From positions 186,001 to 250,000 of the forward strand of contig MCFE01000017.1 in NCBI GenBank assembly GCA_002104905.1: a DNA stretch of 64,000 bases. The letters are read 5' to 3'. Shown piece after piece: positions 46,726 to 58,439 of the stretch (its first letter is position 1; each line of letters opens with the position of its first letter). Origin of the DNA: Basidiobolus meristosporus CBS 931.73 (lineage: Eukaryota; Fungi; Basidiobolomycota). The notes under the pieces were generated by a model that saw nothing but the letters and a program-made list of their open reading frames with translations, was not told where the DNA came from and ran no database searches. The position numbers and the translations under genes are program-made.

Positions 46726-48538
46726 GATGGATATGAAAGAAAAATATATTTGTCGTTTGGTAAATTCCTGTTATCAAAACTAGGAAGGTTAATTGTGAGG
46801 TTACAAGGAGCGTCAGCGCAACACTTTTATATGTGTTGGTGACTCTGGTTGGATGGCCTCATGGCAGTCACGTAGACCTGGAACTCGTACATTTTACTTG
46901 AGCAGTTTTCATGATTGCCTCTTAGTGTAGGGGTATATTGACATGCCCTCAGCTCACATCAGCCTTGTCATTAGTTTTTCCCACTTTTCACATTCCCTTT
47001 CGCTCCTATGAAGCCTCCCCTGGTCAGGCTGCGGGCCAATGAGGGGCCTCCATATCCCTGGTTTTTTCCAGTACGATACATATGGTAAGATTGACATGAA
47101 AAGCAGTCGAAGTTCATTTAATTTTGATTCTTACTTGGTAACCTGGTTGCATACCCGGCAAACTCAGCTGCGTGGCTTCCAATCAACATGTCGATTTTTC
47201 GCATGGTATTTGGTAATTCGATCCTCCGGCAAGACTGCTGTTCGTTACTACTTAGCAGTAGATATTTTCCTATTGGAGGAGGCGGACTGCACATGATACC
47301 CGTGGGCTCTCTAACACGCGAACCTTCAAGACATTTGCTCTGGTACAGCATAATTCGATTTTGCCCACGCGGTCACTAACGCGAACGATTTCTGGAATCT
47401 TTGGAGAGGGATTTGGATTTTCATCTCTAACCAATCCTTCCCCTCTCGTTCTAGTTTTCTTGCCTAAACCAGAACCGATGGTTGACTTGGTTGAGAGTGC
47501 ACACCTTTTTTGCCTTTTCAGAAACATCAGCGCTTACTCTTATGGTTTACGCTTATATTGCTTTAGATACGCAACAAGCTACACCTCGGCGAGTTTCTAA
47601 TGGATGTGCGTTACGCATTATGATGTTATATTTGATTTGGGCTCATGGTAGAGCGGGCAGGCTGTAAACGATAGATGGCCTGCTAGTAATCGACTGAAGG
47701 TGAACTGGCCAACATGCTGCAGATGTCGATGGGACAATGACAAAGATAGTCATACTGATCCATGATCGGTTGGGCCATATACATATTTGATCTACTAGTT
47801 GATCGCTCAAAAATGTCTTCAACACATACTTTATTAAAACATACACACAACTTGAATGGCTTTCGATAGGGAAAAGACGCAACTGCCGTCGGCCGAAGTA
47901 TTTTATTCATATATCTCCGAGTATGTTGCCCAGCTTTGCGTAAGAAAAGTGACAGGTGGATATCCAACATGCCGTTTGATTTACTTCATAAAAGGCATAT
48001 CAGAGCGATACCTAGCATACGTTTGTCAGCAGTTCGTACTTCCAATGATGGTACCAGTGGATGGCCGTGCTGCATGGCACAGAGGCGTGGCAAAGTAGGT
48101 TGCTTCTAATAGGTCATTTGTTTTCCATTTAGAGGGAACTTTAATCTGGGCATGTACCCGACAGCCACTGATTTCTTGGAACTTGAGTGGTGTCCTGGCA
48201 ACCAGGGGTTGCCCATGAGCAACAGAATGTTCCATCTAACTGAGCCCAGATAGGTGGTGGATAGGAGGAATATTTTACCACGGAATCATATTCCCTTCTA
48301 GAATAGAAGGACCATAAACAGCTGGGATAAATCAATCATGAACTTATGGGATCGTGGGAATTTTTTTTATTTTTTTTCAATTTTTTGGAATCGTTGAGGC
48401 TGGTCAGTCAGCAACAACACCAGTGATTGTCAGAATTTAACCAAGTTGTGAAGAATCCAGCTCTATGGAACAACTCACTTAAAATGCCAATCGAGGTGGT
48501 GTGGATGAGCAAACCTTAGTCAATCGATCTATGGTTAC

Positions 48539-49306
48539 TTAATCAGCCCAGGTGCAAATAATATCACCGAGGAGATTCTTGCAGACAGTACCAGAGGCGC
48601 AGCTTTGAGTAATGGCCTCGCCGTTAACGCAGGTCAAGTACTCAGGTTGAAGTCCGGAGCTGATGCACTTTCTTTCAAAGTCGCAGGCACTGGAAGCGGC
48701 AAACTCGTTGCTGGAGGCAACGGTAGGGACGACGGCACGAGTCGAGGTGGTGGTAGAAGCAGGAGCAACAGAGTGGGTGGTGGTAGGAACTGGAGTCTTG
48801 GTGGTGGAAGTAGGCTTGACAGTTGAGGTATGGGCAGCAGGGGTAGTCTTAGCAGGAGCAGGCTTTTCTTCATGTTCAGAGGAACCATCACAGGCGACGT
48901 AAGTCCAAGAGATTGGAACACGGCCTTGAGCCTCTAAAGCAATATGGTTGAAGGCAGCAGGACTGAGATCAAGAGAACCGAATTTGCAGCTGGGGCATTT
49001 GTCAACGATCTTAACCTTGACAGATCCCAATGGGCCAGTAACCATAGCACAGCTATAGCAAGCAGGACTATCACTGGGATGAGAGTAAGCACCAAATTGA
49101 GGAGCATTTATAGCAGCGATCAATTGATCAGCGGTGTTAACATTTCCACAAGCACCGAGACCAGGAGTGTAGTAAGTACCGTCACCAGAGAAACTACCAC
49201 TGCGCTTGCTGAGGTGAATGCCAGCTTCACCCTTCATTGGAGCAGCGGAAACTTGTGAGGCAACAAACAAAATGGCCAGGGTAGAGAAATACTTAAGACT
49301 AATCAT
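48539..49306 (-). CDS. Secreted DPBB-CBM19 protein, paralog 3 (T/P/A-rich linker)
   Basis: Start MISLKYF at 49306. SKR|SGSFSGDGTYYTPGLGACG, VDKCPSC, LDLSPAAF, C-terminal CASGTVC..CTWAD. Confidence 0.88.
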   Translation of the reverse strand: MISLKYFSTLAILFVASQVSAAPMKGEAGIHLSKRSGSFSGDGTYYTPGLGACGNVNTADQLIAAINAPQFGAYSHPSDSPACYSCAMVTGPLGSVKVKIVDKCPSCKFGSLDLSPAAFNHIALEAQGRVPISWTYVACDGSSEHEEKPAPAKTTPAAHTSTVKPTSTTKTPVPTTTHSVAPASTTTSTRAVVPTVASSNEFAASSACDFERKCISSGLQPEYLTCVNGEAITQSCASGTVCKNLLGDIICTWAD

Positions 49307-49699
49307 GATCGTATAATATAAATGAATCGCTGAGTTATCAAAACCAGTTGGATACACTTATTTCTCACGAGCGATGCTGTGCTTTTATAACATTCGTTCT
49401 GCTAGCTAAAGGAAGGTCCCAACCACCGTATTACTACTTTAGAATAGGCAATGGTGAGGCGCAAAGTTTGCCAACTATTCCGGAAAGAATGTACATACAA
49501 TGCTGGAACACTTTCTTCGGTTGCTTCTACAACTGATAGCACGTGGATTTGTAATTCTTTCCTATATCAACAACCAATATAGCTTATCCTCTAGGCAATC
49601 AATCTCTTCGGAAACCTGCAAAGCATTTTGGGATTATCTTGTGCTTTGAAGTCCTGGAGTTCCATGACCCGATCCGCCGCTAACCCCCAAACGCCAAGG

Positions 49700-51050
49700 A
49701 ATTGGCGCAGGTAGTGCTTATCCATCGCTATAATAGGGAAAACAACCTAGGCTCGAATCAAATAACTCAGCATCTTGACCTGAACTTCCACTTGACCATG
49801 GATTAGATTTCGGTTGTGGTTGTGGCTTAAAGGAAGGGCTTAGAACAATTAGGAATAATGGATTGACAGTGGAACCTATCCTGCGGTGTAGCGTCTTCTA
49901 CTTGTGGACAAGAGGTTCCTTGAGGTGTTTGTCAATGAGACGGGAATTTGAAGGATTGGCTAGCAGAATTCCTCGCTAGATTCCAATATTCACATCAACT
50001 CTGTGGGTAAACAATATCCCTCAAATCTAAGATTTGTTTGTTTATTTTTCATGAAATCGACTCGGATTATATGGAAGCAACCTGCCAATATTGGATGGAC
50101 AATTTTTCATGGATTCAGCATGAAATTTAGCTTTTAGTCTTGACAGGATTTGGCATCTTTGTTGACATCGATAGGATTACTTTTATGGGACGGAATTCAA
50201 CCAAAACCATGGTTGAGTTATCAGTCCGCATCATTCGTTTATGGATTTGTTTTGACCTGCAGAATGGATGATTGCTATCGTTGGCACATTCCATTTCCCC
50301 AATACGTATGCAAAATCTCCATTCATGCGTTTGGAATCCTCTGGAAGATATCCCGTCATGCATTGATAGGTGTGCATTGATGGAATTTTTTCTCACCCTG
50401 TCGGATGAACTATTATGGTCGGATTACTCTGTTAAAGGTTGTATTACGAAAACTCCAATTTTGGCCAAGGGTAAGTGCGGTCATGATAGTTGATGGAATC
50501 TTGGGGATGATAGTAGTTATCTTGATTAAATTTCAATTAGCAATTGTGCTTATTTTGGTATTCGTTGATAGAATCTTGGGGATGATAGTGGATTTCTTGA
50601 TTAAATTTTAATGAACAATAGTGCTTGTTTTGGCATTCATTGATTACTGATCTGGAGTCATCAATGCTGTGGCTTATTTCTAAACTCCTGTGCAATTTAT
50701 TCATGAGAACGCTGTTAAGAAAGTTGAAGGAATCTTGGTTACATTTAATCACACCTCAACAGAAATGTATGATCAGGTATGCATTTCCCTCTGAAAGAAA
50801 AACATCGTAATGCGGTGCTGTCTGATAATACTTCAATACTCAGTTTCTTAATTACTCTACAAGAACACTGATATAGATTGGTGGTCCAGATCCATACTTG
50901 AGCAAACATAGTTTATTGTTGTTAACCCTTCACAGAGCGTTGCAAAAATCGATTATAACCTAAATATTTATGCAGCGTATTTGTCAAGTACATACAATCA
51001 AGAAATAGTGCCTTTGCTGTGATTCTAAAATTCCTGGATTTTGCACACAT
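49700..51050 (-). pseudogene. Probable decayed ORF of unknown family with an internal 75-bp tandem duplication at about 50490-50640
   Basis: Long near-open minus-strand frames broken by single stops. The repeat unit encodes about 25 aa (INEYQNKHNC-LKFNQ-I-YHPQDS). Confidence 0.3.
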
Positions 51051-51150
51051 ATTTCGAGGTCTTTCAAAATTATAATAGCATCAGTCAATTTGTGGATTTT
51101 GCTTGCAGCCGATATATCAATTATTAAGCATCCAACCCAACCTTATTTCG

Positions 51151-51477
51151 TGTTGTGAATTTTGTAATTACACCTTGATATTCATCTGATTTATTCACTT
51201 AGATCATAGTCTACAAATCACAGAGAATTCTGGCCAAATTCCTTGTTGGAATTTTCTTAGAATGTATTCACCAAAACATCAGGTACCCAGAACATGAAAA
51301 GTTGTTAAGTTGTCCAAACAGCCCAAACTTTGCACATATGTTCTCGAGACCATCCTAAGCATGCCCTACGTGTTTGGTTTGTCAAGATCATGTAAAAGTA
51401 TTAATACTACTTTTACATTCAATAGATCAATATGTGAAAACCACATAGACTACTTGTTCTCCCGAACTTATACAACA
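51151..51477 (+). mobile_element. Solo LTR of the copia family, internally deleted
   Basis: TGTTG...CAACA, colinear with 62706-63055. Flanks TTTCG / TTTCC are a 4/5 TSD match. Confidence 0.88.
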
Positions 51478-52757
51478 TTTCCTTCACTAAAGAGGATTAG
51501 TAAATATACTGCATACGTCTCAAATCATGCTTTAGCTTTTGTTTGTGCTTGAAAACTTGTTCTTTTTCTGCGAAAGTTGACTCTCAGGCTGTAAAAAGTG
51601 AGCATTATCTGAGCTTTCATATATCTTAATATCTCACTAGCAAAAAAATGATTGTAAAATTTGAAGGTAATTACTTTTCTTTACCCAACCTGATAATGCC
51701 TTCATTCTCATACTCCTGCATATTATAAGTTCAATGAATATCTTCAATTTAGGCATAACACTCAAGTAGAGCTTGGGTACAGGACACTGCAAACTAACTG
51801 AAGAATAGGCAGATAGGCAAGTCCTGTCAGTATACTGACATATAAGTTCGAAATACATTGCAAATTAGTACAGGATATTAGTAAGATTGCAGAATCCATA
51901 GACAGCTATGAGAATGGTTGAAAATATGCTCCAAGGATTTACCAATATTATCTTTAGTACATATATTTGCTGGATCTCATCAGAGCACAAAATGAAAATC
52001 AACAGAATGTCAATACAAACAAAACCAACAATTATAAACAAAAATAAAGACTGCATTTAGGAATAATACTAAATAGACTATTTGGGCCTACATATTCACC
52101 ATTCATGTCCAGAGTACTCACACAAATTACTTACATTATAGCTAGGTGTGCACAACAGAAAATTTTTGGAATGGAATACTATCACAAAACTGATGAAAAT
52201 GTATGAATACCATCAAAAAATCCATTGCTTAATAAATGGACTATTGAACTAGAAATAATTTCTCAATATTCTGGCCTTTCTCAGTAGAATTAGAATATGT
52301 TGGTGATTGGATCAGTATGCTAACTTGTAGATTACTTTGTCCTCTGATGGAATATTAAACTGAAGGTGTGGACGTCTTCGGGAAGTGATGAAAACGATCA
52401 CCGATTTCAAACAAACTGGCAGCGGCCCCATATGCATATAAATAAATATGTGTGGCACTACTTCGTATTTAAACTTTGTATAACATACAAAACCAATAGT
52501 AATTAGCACTAAATTAGTTAATCACAGCCTCCAGCATTTTGAGCATATTATATTCTAAAACCTACAGATAAGATACGTGAATCTCTACCAGGGTGAAGCC
52601 AAAAAAATGGATATAAATTAGGTTTATTGATATCTATGAAGTAAGGAGATGTTGGATCTAGTGCGACAGGGCAGGTGGTAATGAAGAAGTTATGTTTGGT
52701 TCCCGGACAAAAAAAATCCCGTCCCCTTCGACTCTATAAGAAACAGGTGAGGGTTGC

Positions 52758-55700
52758 TTAATCACTGTCGGTGTCAGGTTCCTTGGGGGCACCGGTAGGG
52801 TCCGAGAGCCATTTCAGATGTCTCTCTCTACGGCGAACCTGTTGCGCCTTCAGCTCGTTTCTGGTCATCTTCTTCTTTTTCTTCTTGATGACCGGAGTCT
52901 TTGTTTCTGTAGCATCGGCGAAACTCTCCTCATTGACGGCGGCGTTTCCTTTCTTCGTCACCTTACCAGCTTCCACATGCCATTGCTCCGGGCAGAGCGC
53001 ACCAACAAACTCGTCATTGTGGGAGATCATAACCACCGCACCTCCCCAGTCACGAATGGCAACTGCCAAACCACCCAGACTATCTCTGTCCAAGTAATTG
53101 GTAGGTTCATCCAAACAGAGCAGATGTGGCTTAGACCACATGGCAGCGGCGATGACCACCTTGACCTTCTGACCACCACTGAGTCCGGCAATCTCGTTGT
53201 GGTCCGCAATATCCCCGTCTAAGCCAATATCCTCGAAGTGCTTACGAATTTCGGATGGCTCCAAGTTACGATAACCAAGACCCTCCGCACTGGCCACATG
53301 TTCATCGAACTGGAGCACGATCTTGGAGAAGCCGAGTTTCAGCAACTCCTCTCTTGGAATTCTTGTGTTGTGTCTGTGGTGATATCCAACCCACTTGACC
53401 TCGTACTGGAAGGACTTGTCCAATTTGGTTCTTCCAATGATACACTAGAAAATATTGATCCCGTTAGATTTGGGGCAGAGGTGTCAGCCGGAAAAATGCT
53501 TTCTTACCTCGATCTTACGTTTCTCTCCCTTCACCTCAACTGGAACCTCCATCTGCTTGAGATCATCCTCGTCCATGACACGGGTGGCCTTTTCCAAGAC
53601 CTCTCTGTCATAACCTTGGCGATATCTCCATTGGATATATTGGTTGGGGGTCTTTTCAAGATGACGCTCCAAATGATGGAATGCATGCTGGGCAACATAA
53701 CCCACACGAAGGTTGGGGTGCTTGTTGACTAGACCTTCTTGGGGGATAATTTCACCGGTGAGGAGCTTGACGATGGTTGATTTACCCGCACCATTGGGTC
53801 CAAGGATGGCCACGCGCGATGAAAGAGACAAATTCAGGGACACATCGGTCACCGATGGCTTGGATGCCTGAGGATAGGTGTAGGATACACCGGCCATACG
53901 GATGATGGATTTGGTCTTGGACTTGACTCCCTGCAAGAGGCCAGGGTTGGGGAACTTGAATTTCACGTTACTAGCGGTAAGGGTGTAATACGACTTGGCT
54001 TCAGGTCGGACTTTGACAAATCTAAGAAACTCCATGATTAGATGACGTAGGGTTACGACAGTAGACTGTGTTACTTACTCGGCCAAGTTTCCTTTGTAGT
54101 ATGCGAGCTTCTTGGTCTCATAGTGAATAATGTCGGTAGTGACATTGTCGAGGAAGGAGGAGTCGTGACTGACAATGATACTGGTGACTGCCTTCTGGGA
54201 TTTGAGGTAATTCTCCAACCAGGCGATGTTGGCAACATCGAGATGATTGGTAGGTTCGTCCAACAGAAGAATGTCTGCATTAATCAGAATGGCCCTGGCA
54301 AGCTCCAACTTCATCTTCCATCCTCCTGAAAGTGACTTGACAGCATTCTTCTGCATCTCGGCGGAAAATCCGACACTGCTCAAGGCTTGAGCGACCTCCT
54401 CGCGACTGACGTGACTCAACTTGGGGTCTATAATGAAAAATGTAAGATTTACGAAACAGTCCCAAATACAGATAAGGGCGTAGCCTACCATTAGAGATGA
54501 AGTCAATGATAGGGAGCATAGCATCCTCTCCTTGTAAAGAATGCTCAACAAACACAGTTTTGAGCTCATCTTGTGAGGGGAACCCTTCCAATTTGCCATT
54601 GGAGATGGCTCGCATAAGCGTAGATTTACCCGCACCGTTGGCACCGCATAGACCATATCTGCGGCCACGGACTAAACGAAGGTTGGTGTGATTCAACAAC
54701 ATCATACCACCATAAGCCAAGGAAAAATCGATATCACACAACACTTCGCCCTCATCCTCGTCAGTATTATCTCCAGAAGCAAACTTGACCTACAAAGATG
54801 GGTAGGTCAACTATCTATCGTGACTTTGTGCCGTAAGAGTTCATTTTTAGATACCTTGTCAACCTCCAGGTAGTGAGCTAGGAGCTCTTCAGTAATCTCG
54901 GTGGCAAGGCTTTGATCGATAAATGGCTGCAAGTATGGTGCAACAAGCTCATCTAACCATGATTCCTTGGAGAATTGACGGCTTTCTGTCAATTCAGCAA
55001 TGATTGCAGCCAAGTATTGCAACTGGGTTAGCAAGTTCTTTTCGAGAATAATATCCTTCTTGGCAATCAAGGTCTTCAACTGATCCAGAACCTCTGCACG
55101 CTCGGCTTGAACATTACGATGGGTAGCTCCTTGAACAGAGCCAGCTGCCTTGACGAGGGTGGCACGAGCTTGCTGGTCAAGGCACTGACTTCAGGGGATG
55201 ATGTCTCGATAATACGATCCAATCCTGGCAAAAGTTCAGGCAGATACTGGCCTGCCTCTTTAGGGTTGTTAACAAGACGGCACAAGTTGTCGACAATGAT
55301 CACCGTTTTACGGAGAACTGCTTGGGAGCGATTGCTAAGTGCTCGTACCAACAACGGAATAAGAATGGCCAGGGTAGGTCCTAATAGTCAATAAAAATTC
55401 TGATTAAGCAAACTGTACAAGGTACATATAACTACATAACACATACCGTTAACATCAGCGACGAAAGTGGTCGATGATAGCTTGCTAATGGTAGCAGGAA
55501 CATTATCTGGCTCAGCCATACACTGAACCAGATCTGATACAAATGGCATGATATCTTGATTGTGCACTACACTGACAATCTCTGTCATAGCCTTAGTGGC
55601 AGCAGCAGCAACCTATAATTCATTGGGGGGGGTATTGGTCAAGTCTCTGCCTTCATTCACTACAGCAAAAGTTATTTAATTACCTCAGGCTTGGTATCGT

Positions 55701-56259
55701 GCAAGCATTCAGACAGAGGTGGAACAATAGTCACCAAGTTAGCAGCAATCAGATCAGAAGCCTTATCTGGGATTTGACTGACGAGCTCACACGCGCCAAC
55801 CTTGGCTTGCCAACGAGCGTTGCCAGACAAAACCTCGAAAAGAGCTTCCAGGAAAGTAGTTGCCAGGCCCTCAGGAGGAGCTAGCTGGAACATTTCCTTG
55901 GCAGCCAACTCAGCAGCCTCTCGAACAACTTCACCCTTATCAGCGTAGGCACCAAGAATCAAAGGTAGAAGGGATATGAAAAGAGGCTCACTAGTGCGGC
56001 CCATGGTACGGAACAGGGATTGGAAGCCAATCAGACCAGATTCACGGGCAATTCCAGATTTCTTGTTCTTCACAGCTGCAGTATAACTTTCTATAACTCC
56101 ATACCGGTCAAGTCCAGCTACGCCGTCTTGCTTCAGCGTAGCAGCAACTTTATCGGCATATTCGGCACATTCCTTGGAAGTTTCGGCGTTGTAAAGGCTG
56201 TTTAGTAGCTCCTTTACTTCCGCGTCTCTACTTTCGTACAAACTTCCGTCAGCCGTCAT
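52758..56259 (-). CDS. NEW1: New1/Elf1 (eEF3-like ABCF ATPase), multi-exon
   Basis: HEAT N-terminus, two ABC cassettes ([27 protein letters not shown]; [17 protein letters not shown]) and a chromodomain insert. The tail [26 protein letters not shown] is typical of New1/Elf1 rather than Yef3. Confidence 0.88.
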
Positions 56260-57545
56260 AGTCAATAGAATAATACAGACTTGTGTAAAGCCGGAATAAG
56301 CAACCCATTTGATCTGGATATATATTTATATGTCTTGGGGAATAGTTGTAAAAGAAATCCCCTTCTGGACTGAACTCGGATGATGATTGGGCTGACCTCT
56401 CATATAAATAATTTGCACAAGCATCGATAAGGTAAAATAGCCAATTATAGAGCAGTGACATGACTATGAGATGAATGATGTAAGGTTGGTTTTTTTCATC
56501 ACGTTCCCAAGGCATTCGTTAAAAGTGACCAGAAAGCTGTTCGTTTATTACTGCAAATAACCAGGAACACCCGATGCTAAACATTAAAGTGAGTGTTCTG
56601 TTTAGATGTGTAGGCGTCCTGAAGCCGAAGCCAATTTTGGAAAAAAAAATATTGAAAAAAAATCAACATCGCAGTCACGATCTAGATACTATAAATTCTT
56701 GATCAGCTCCTGATATGGATTAAAGCTCTACATATCTGTAATATCGAGTATATTTCTCAAGTATGTGAATTAAACAACTTGCCATGACGATTAGCCAGAA
56801 GTGTTCACATTCTTGCATATTTCGGAAAATCTGAATTGTGGCAAGTCTGTCTAGCAGCTGATAACTATGATGTGTCACATGAATGGATAACGTAAACCCA
56901 AAACCATAGCTTGATATTCCACATGATATTGGTTGTTTCTCTGCCTCCAAATCTTTTATGTATGGCGCTTTGGAAGCTGTGTGAATGTATATTCCCTCTA
57001 TTAAGAAGATAACATAAAGCTCCCAAGTTTAACCAAATAGAAGGTGTTGTGTACACTCAGGTTATTAATTCTGCTTACCACCAGTGCAATATCATAACCC
57101 ACATAGTCATCCAAATAGTGAAGAAAACAAATAACTAGTGACGCAATTTTGGTAATATATAAACACCACTAAAAAGCCCTTCCCAACTTTTCGCACATCT
57201 TTCCTAAACCTTTCACAGCGCAACACAGTGGCATCGATATTAGACGTGAGAGAGAGAATAATGGCTTTGGATTTCATTTATTTCAAATAATCATTTCATC
57301 CAACTTGGGATAAGAAAATGTCCAGAGCTTCATAGCTTTGGACAAAAAAGACATGTTTTTGTATGTACTACACGGTGTAACATTGCTCACTAAGAAGGCA
57401 TTGAGAAGTCACCGAGTTACATCATTGCCACAATGATAGTTGCATGTGCATTGATTTAATAAATCATCCCACACATGCCGTGGCTTTTGCATTGACCAGC
57501 CCGCCTTATAAATAATGCCCCATTTTTTGAGCCTAGCACATTATC

Positions 57546-58439
57546 ATGTCCCAAATCACTACGGTTGCTGTTGCTGGAAGCGGTGGAGTTGGCAGTTTTA
57601 TAGTCGATGCACTCATCCGTCATCATTATCGGGTTGTCGTATTAACGAGAAGCTCAGAGTCCAAGATCCCAGGGGCAAAAGTTGTATCTATTGACTATTC
57701 TAACCATTCTGAATTGGTCGAAGTACTCCGCGGCGTAGATGCAGTAGTCTCGGCAATTTCTGGGACTGCCATTCTTGAGGGGCAGCTCCCTCTGATTGAT
57801 GCAGCTTTAGAAGCTGGGGTTCAGTGGTTCCTTCCTTCTGAGTATGGAATCGATATCCGTACTCGTGAGGGCATCCGGTCTGAATTCCCTTACTACAACG
57901 AAGCTATCATCACCACAAAAGACCGTATCCGTGATAAATTAGTGCAGCATCAAGAGACCATGGCGTGGACTTTCTTGAACCCCGGGTTTTTCATCGATAT
58001 AGCGCTCTCTCCTGAAATCGGATTCGACTTGGCTAACAAGAAGGCCGTAATTGTTGGGGATGGCAATGCATTAGTATCCTGGTCCACCCGTTACGATGCT
58101 GGAGAATATGTAGCGGCAATTCTCGCCAATCAAGACACAAGAAACCAAGAAGTCACACTAGCTGCTGATCTAAAGAGCCTAAACGATGTTATATCCGATA
58201 TTGAATCCATTCTGAAAATCAAACTTTCAGTTACCCATCTTACAACTGAAGAGGCGATCTCTATTGTGAAGAACTCTACCTTCGCAACGCCATACGACGG
58301 ATTTATTGAAGAGACTAAAAGGATTTTGGGTGGCGGCTATGTCCATCAGGAAGTCAACGAGATTCACAGATTCCAAAATCTTAAAACTATATCAGTCAGA
58401 GATTACATCAGTTGCCTACAAGGTGGAGCGTTTCACTAA
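57546..58439 (+). CDS. NmrA-like / isoflavone-reductase-like NAD(P)-dependent oxidoreductase
   Basis: VAVAGSGGVG Rossmann motif, LRGVDAVVS, AGVQWFLPSEYG, WTFLNPGFF. Intronless; TATAAA at about 57508. Confidence 0.88.
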   Translation: MSQITTVAVAGSGGVGSFIVDALIRHHYRVVVLTRSSESKIPGAKVVSIDYSNHSELVEVLRGVDAVVSAISGTAILEGQLPLIDAALEAGVQWFLPSEYGIDIRTREGIRSEFPYYNEAIITTKDRIRDKLVQHQETMAWTFLNPGFFIDIALSPEIGFDLANKKAVIVGDGNALVSWSTRYDAGEYVAAILANQDTRNQEVTLAADLKSLNDVISDIESILKIKLSVTHLTTEEAISIVKNSTFATPYDGFIEETKRILGGGYVHQEVNEIHRFQNLKTISVRDYISCLQGGAFH

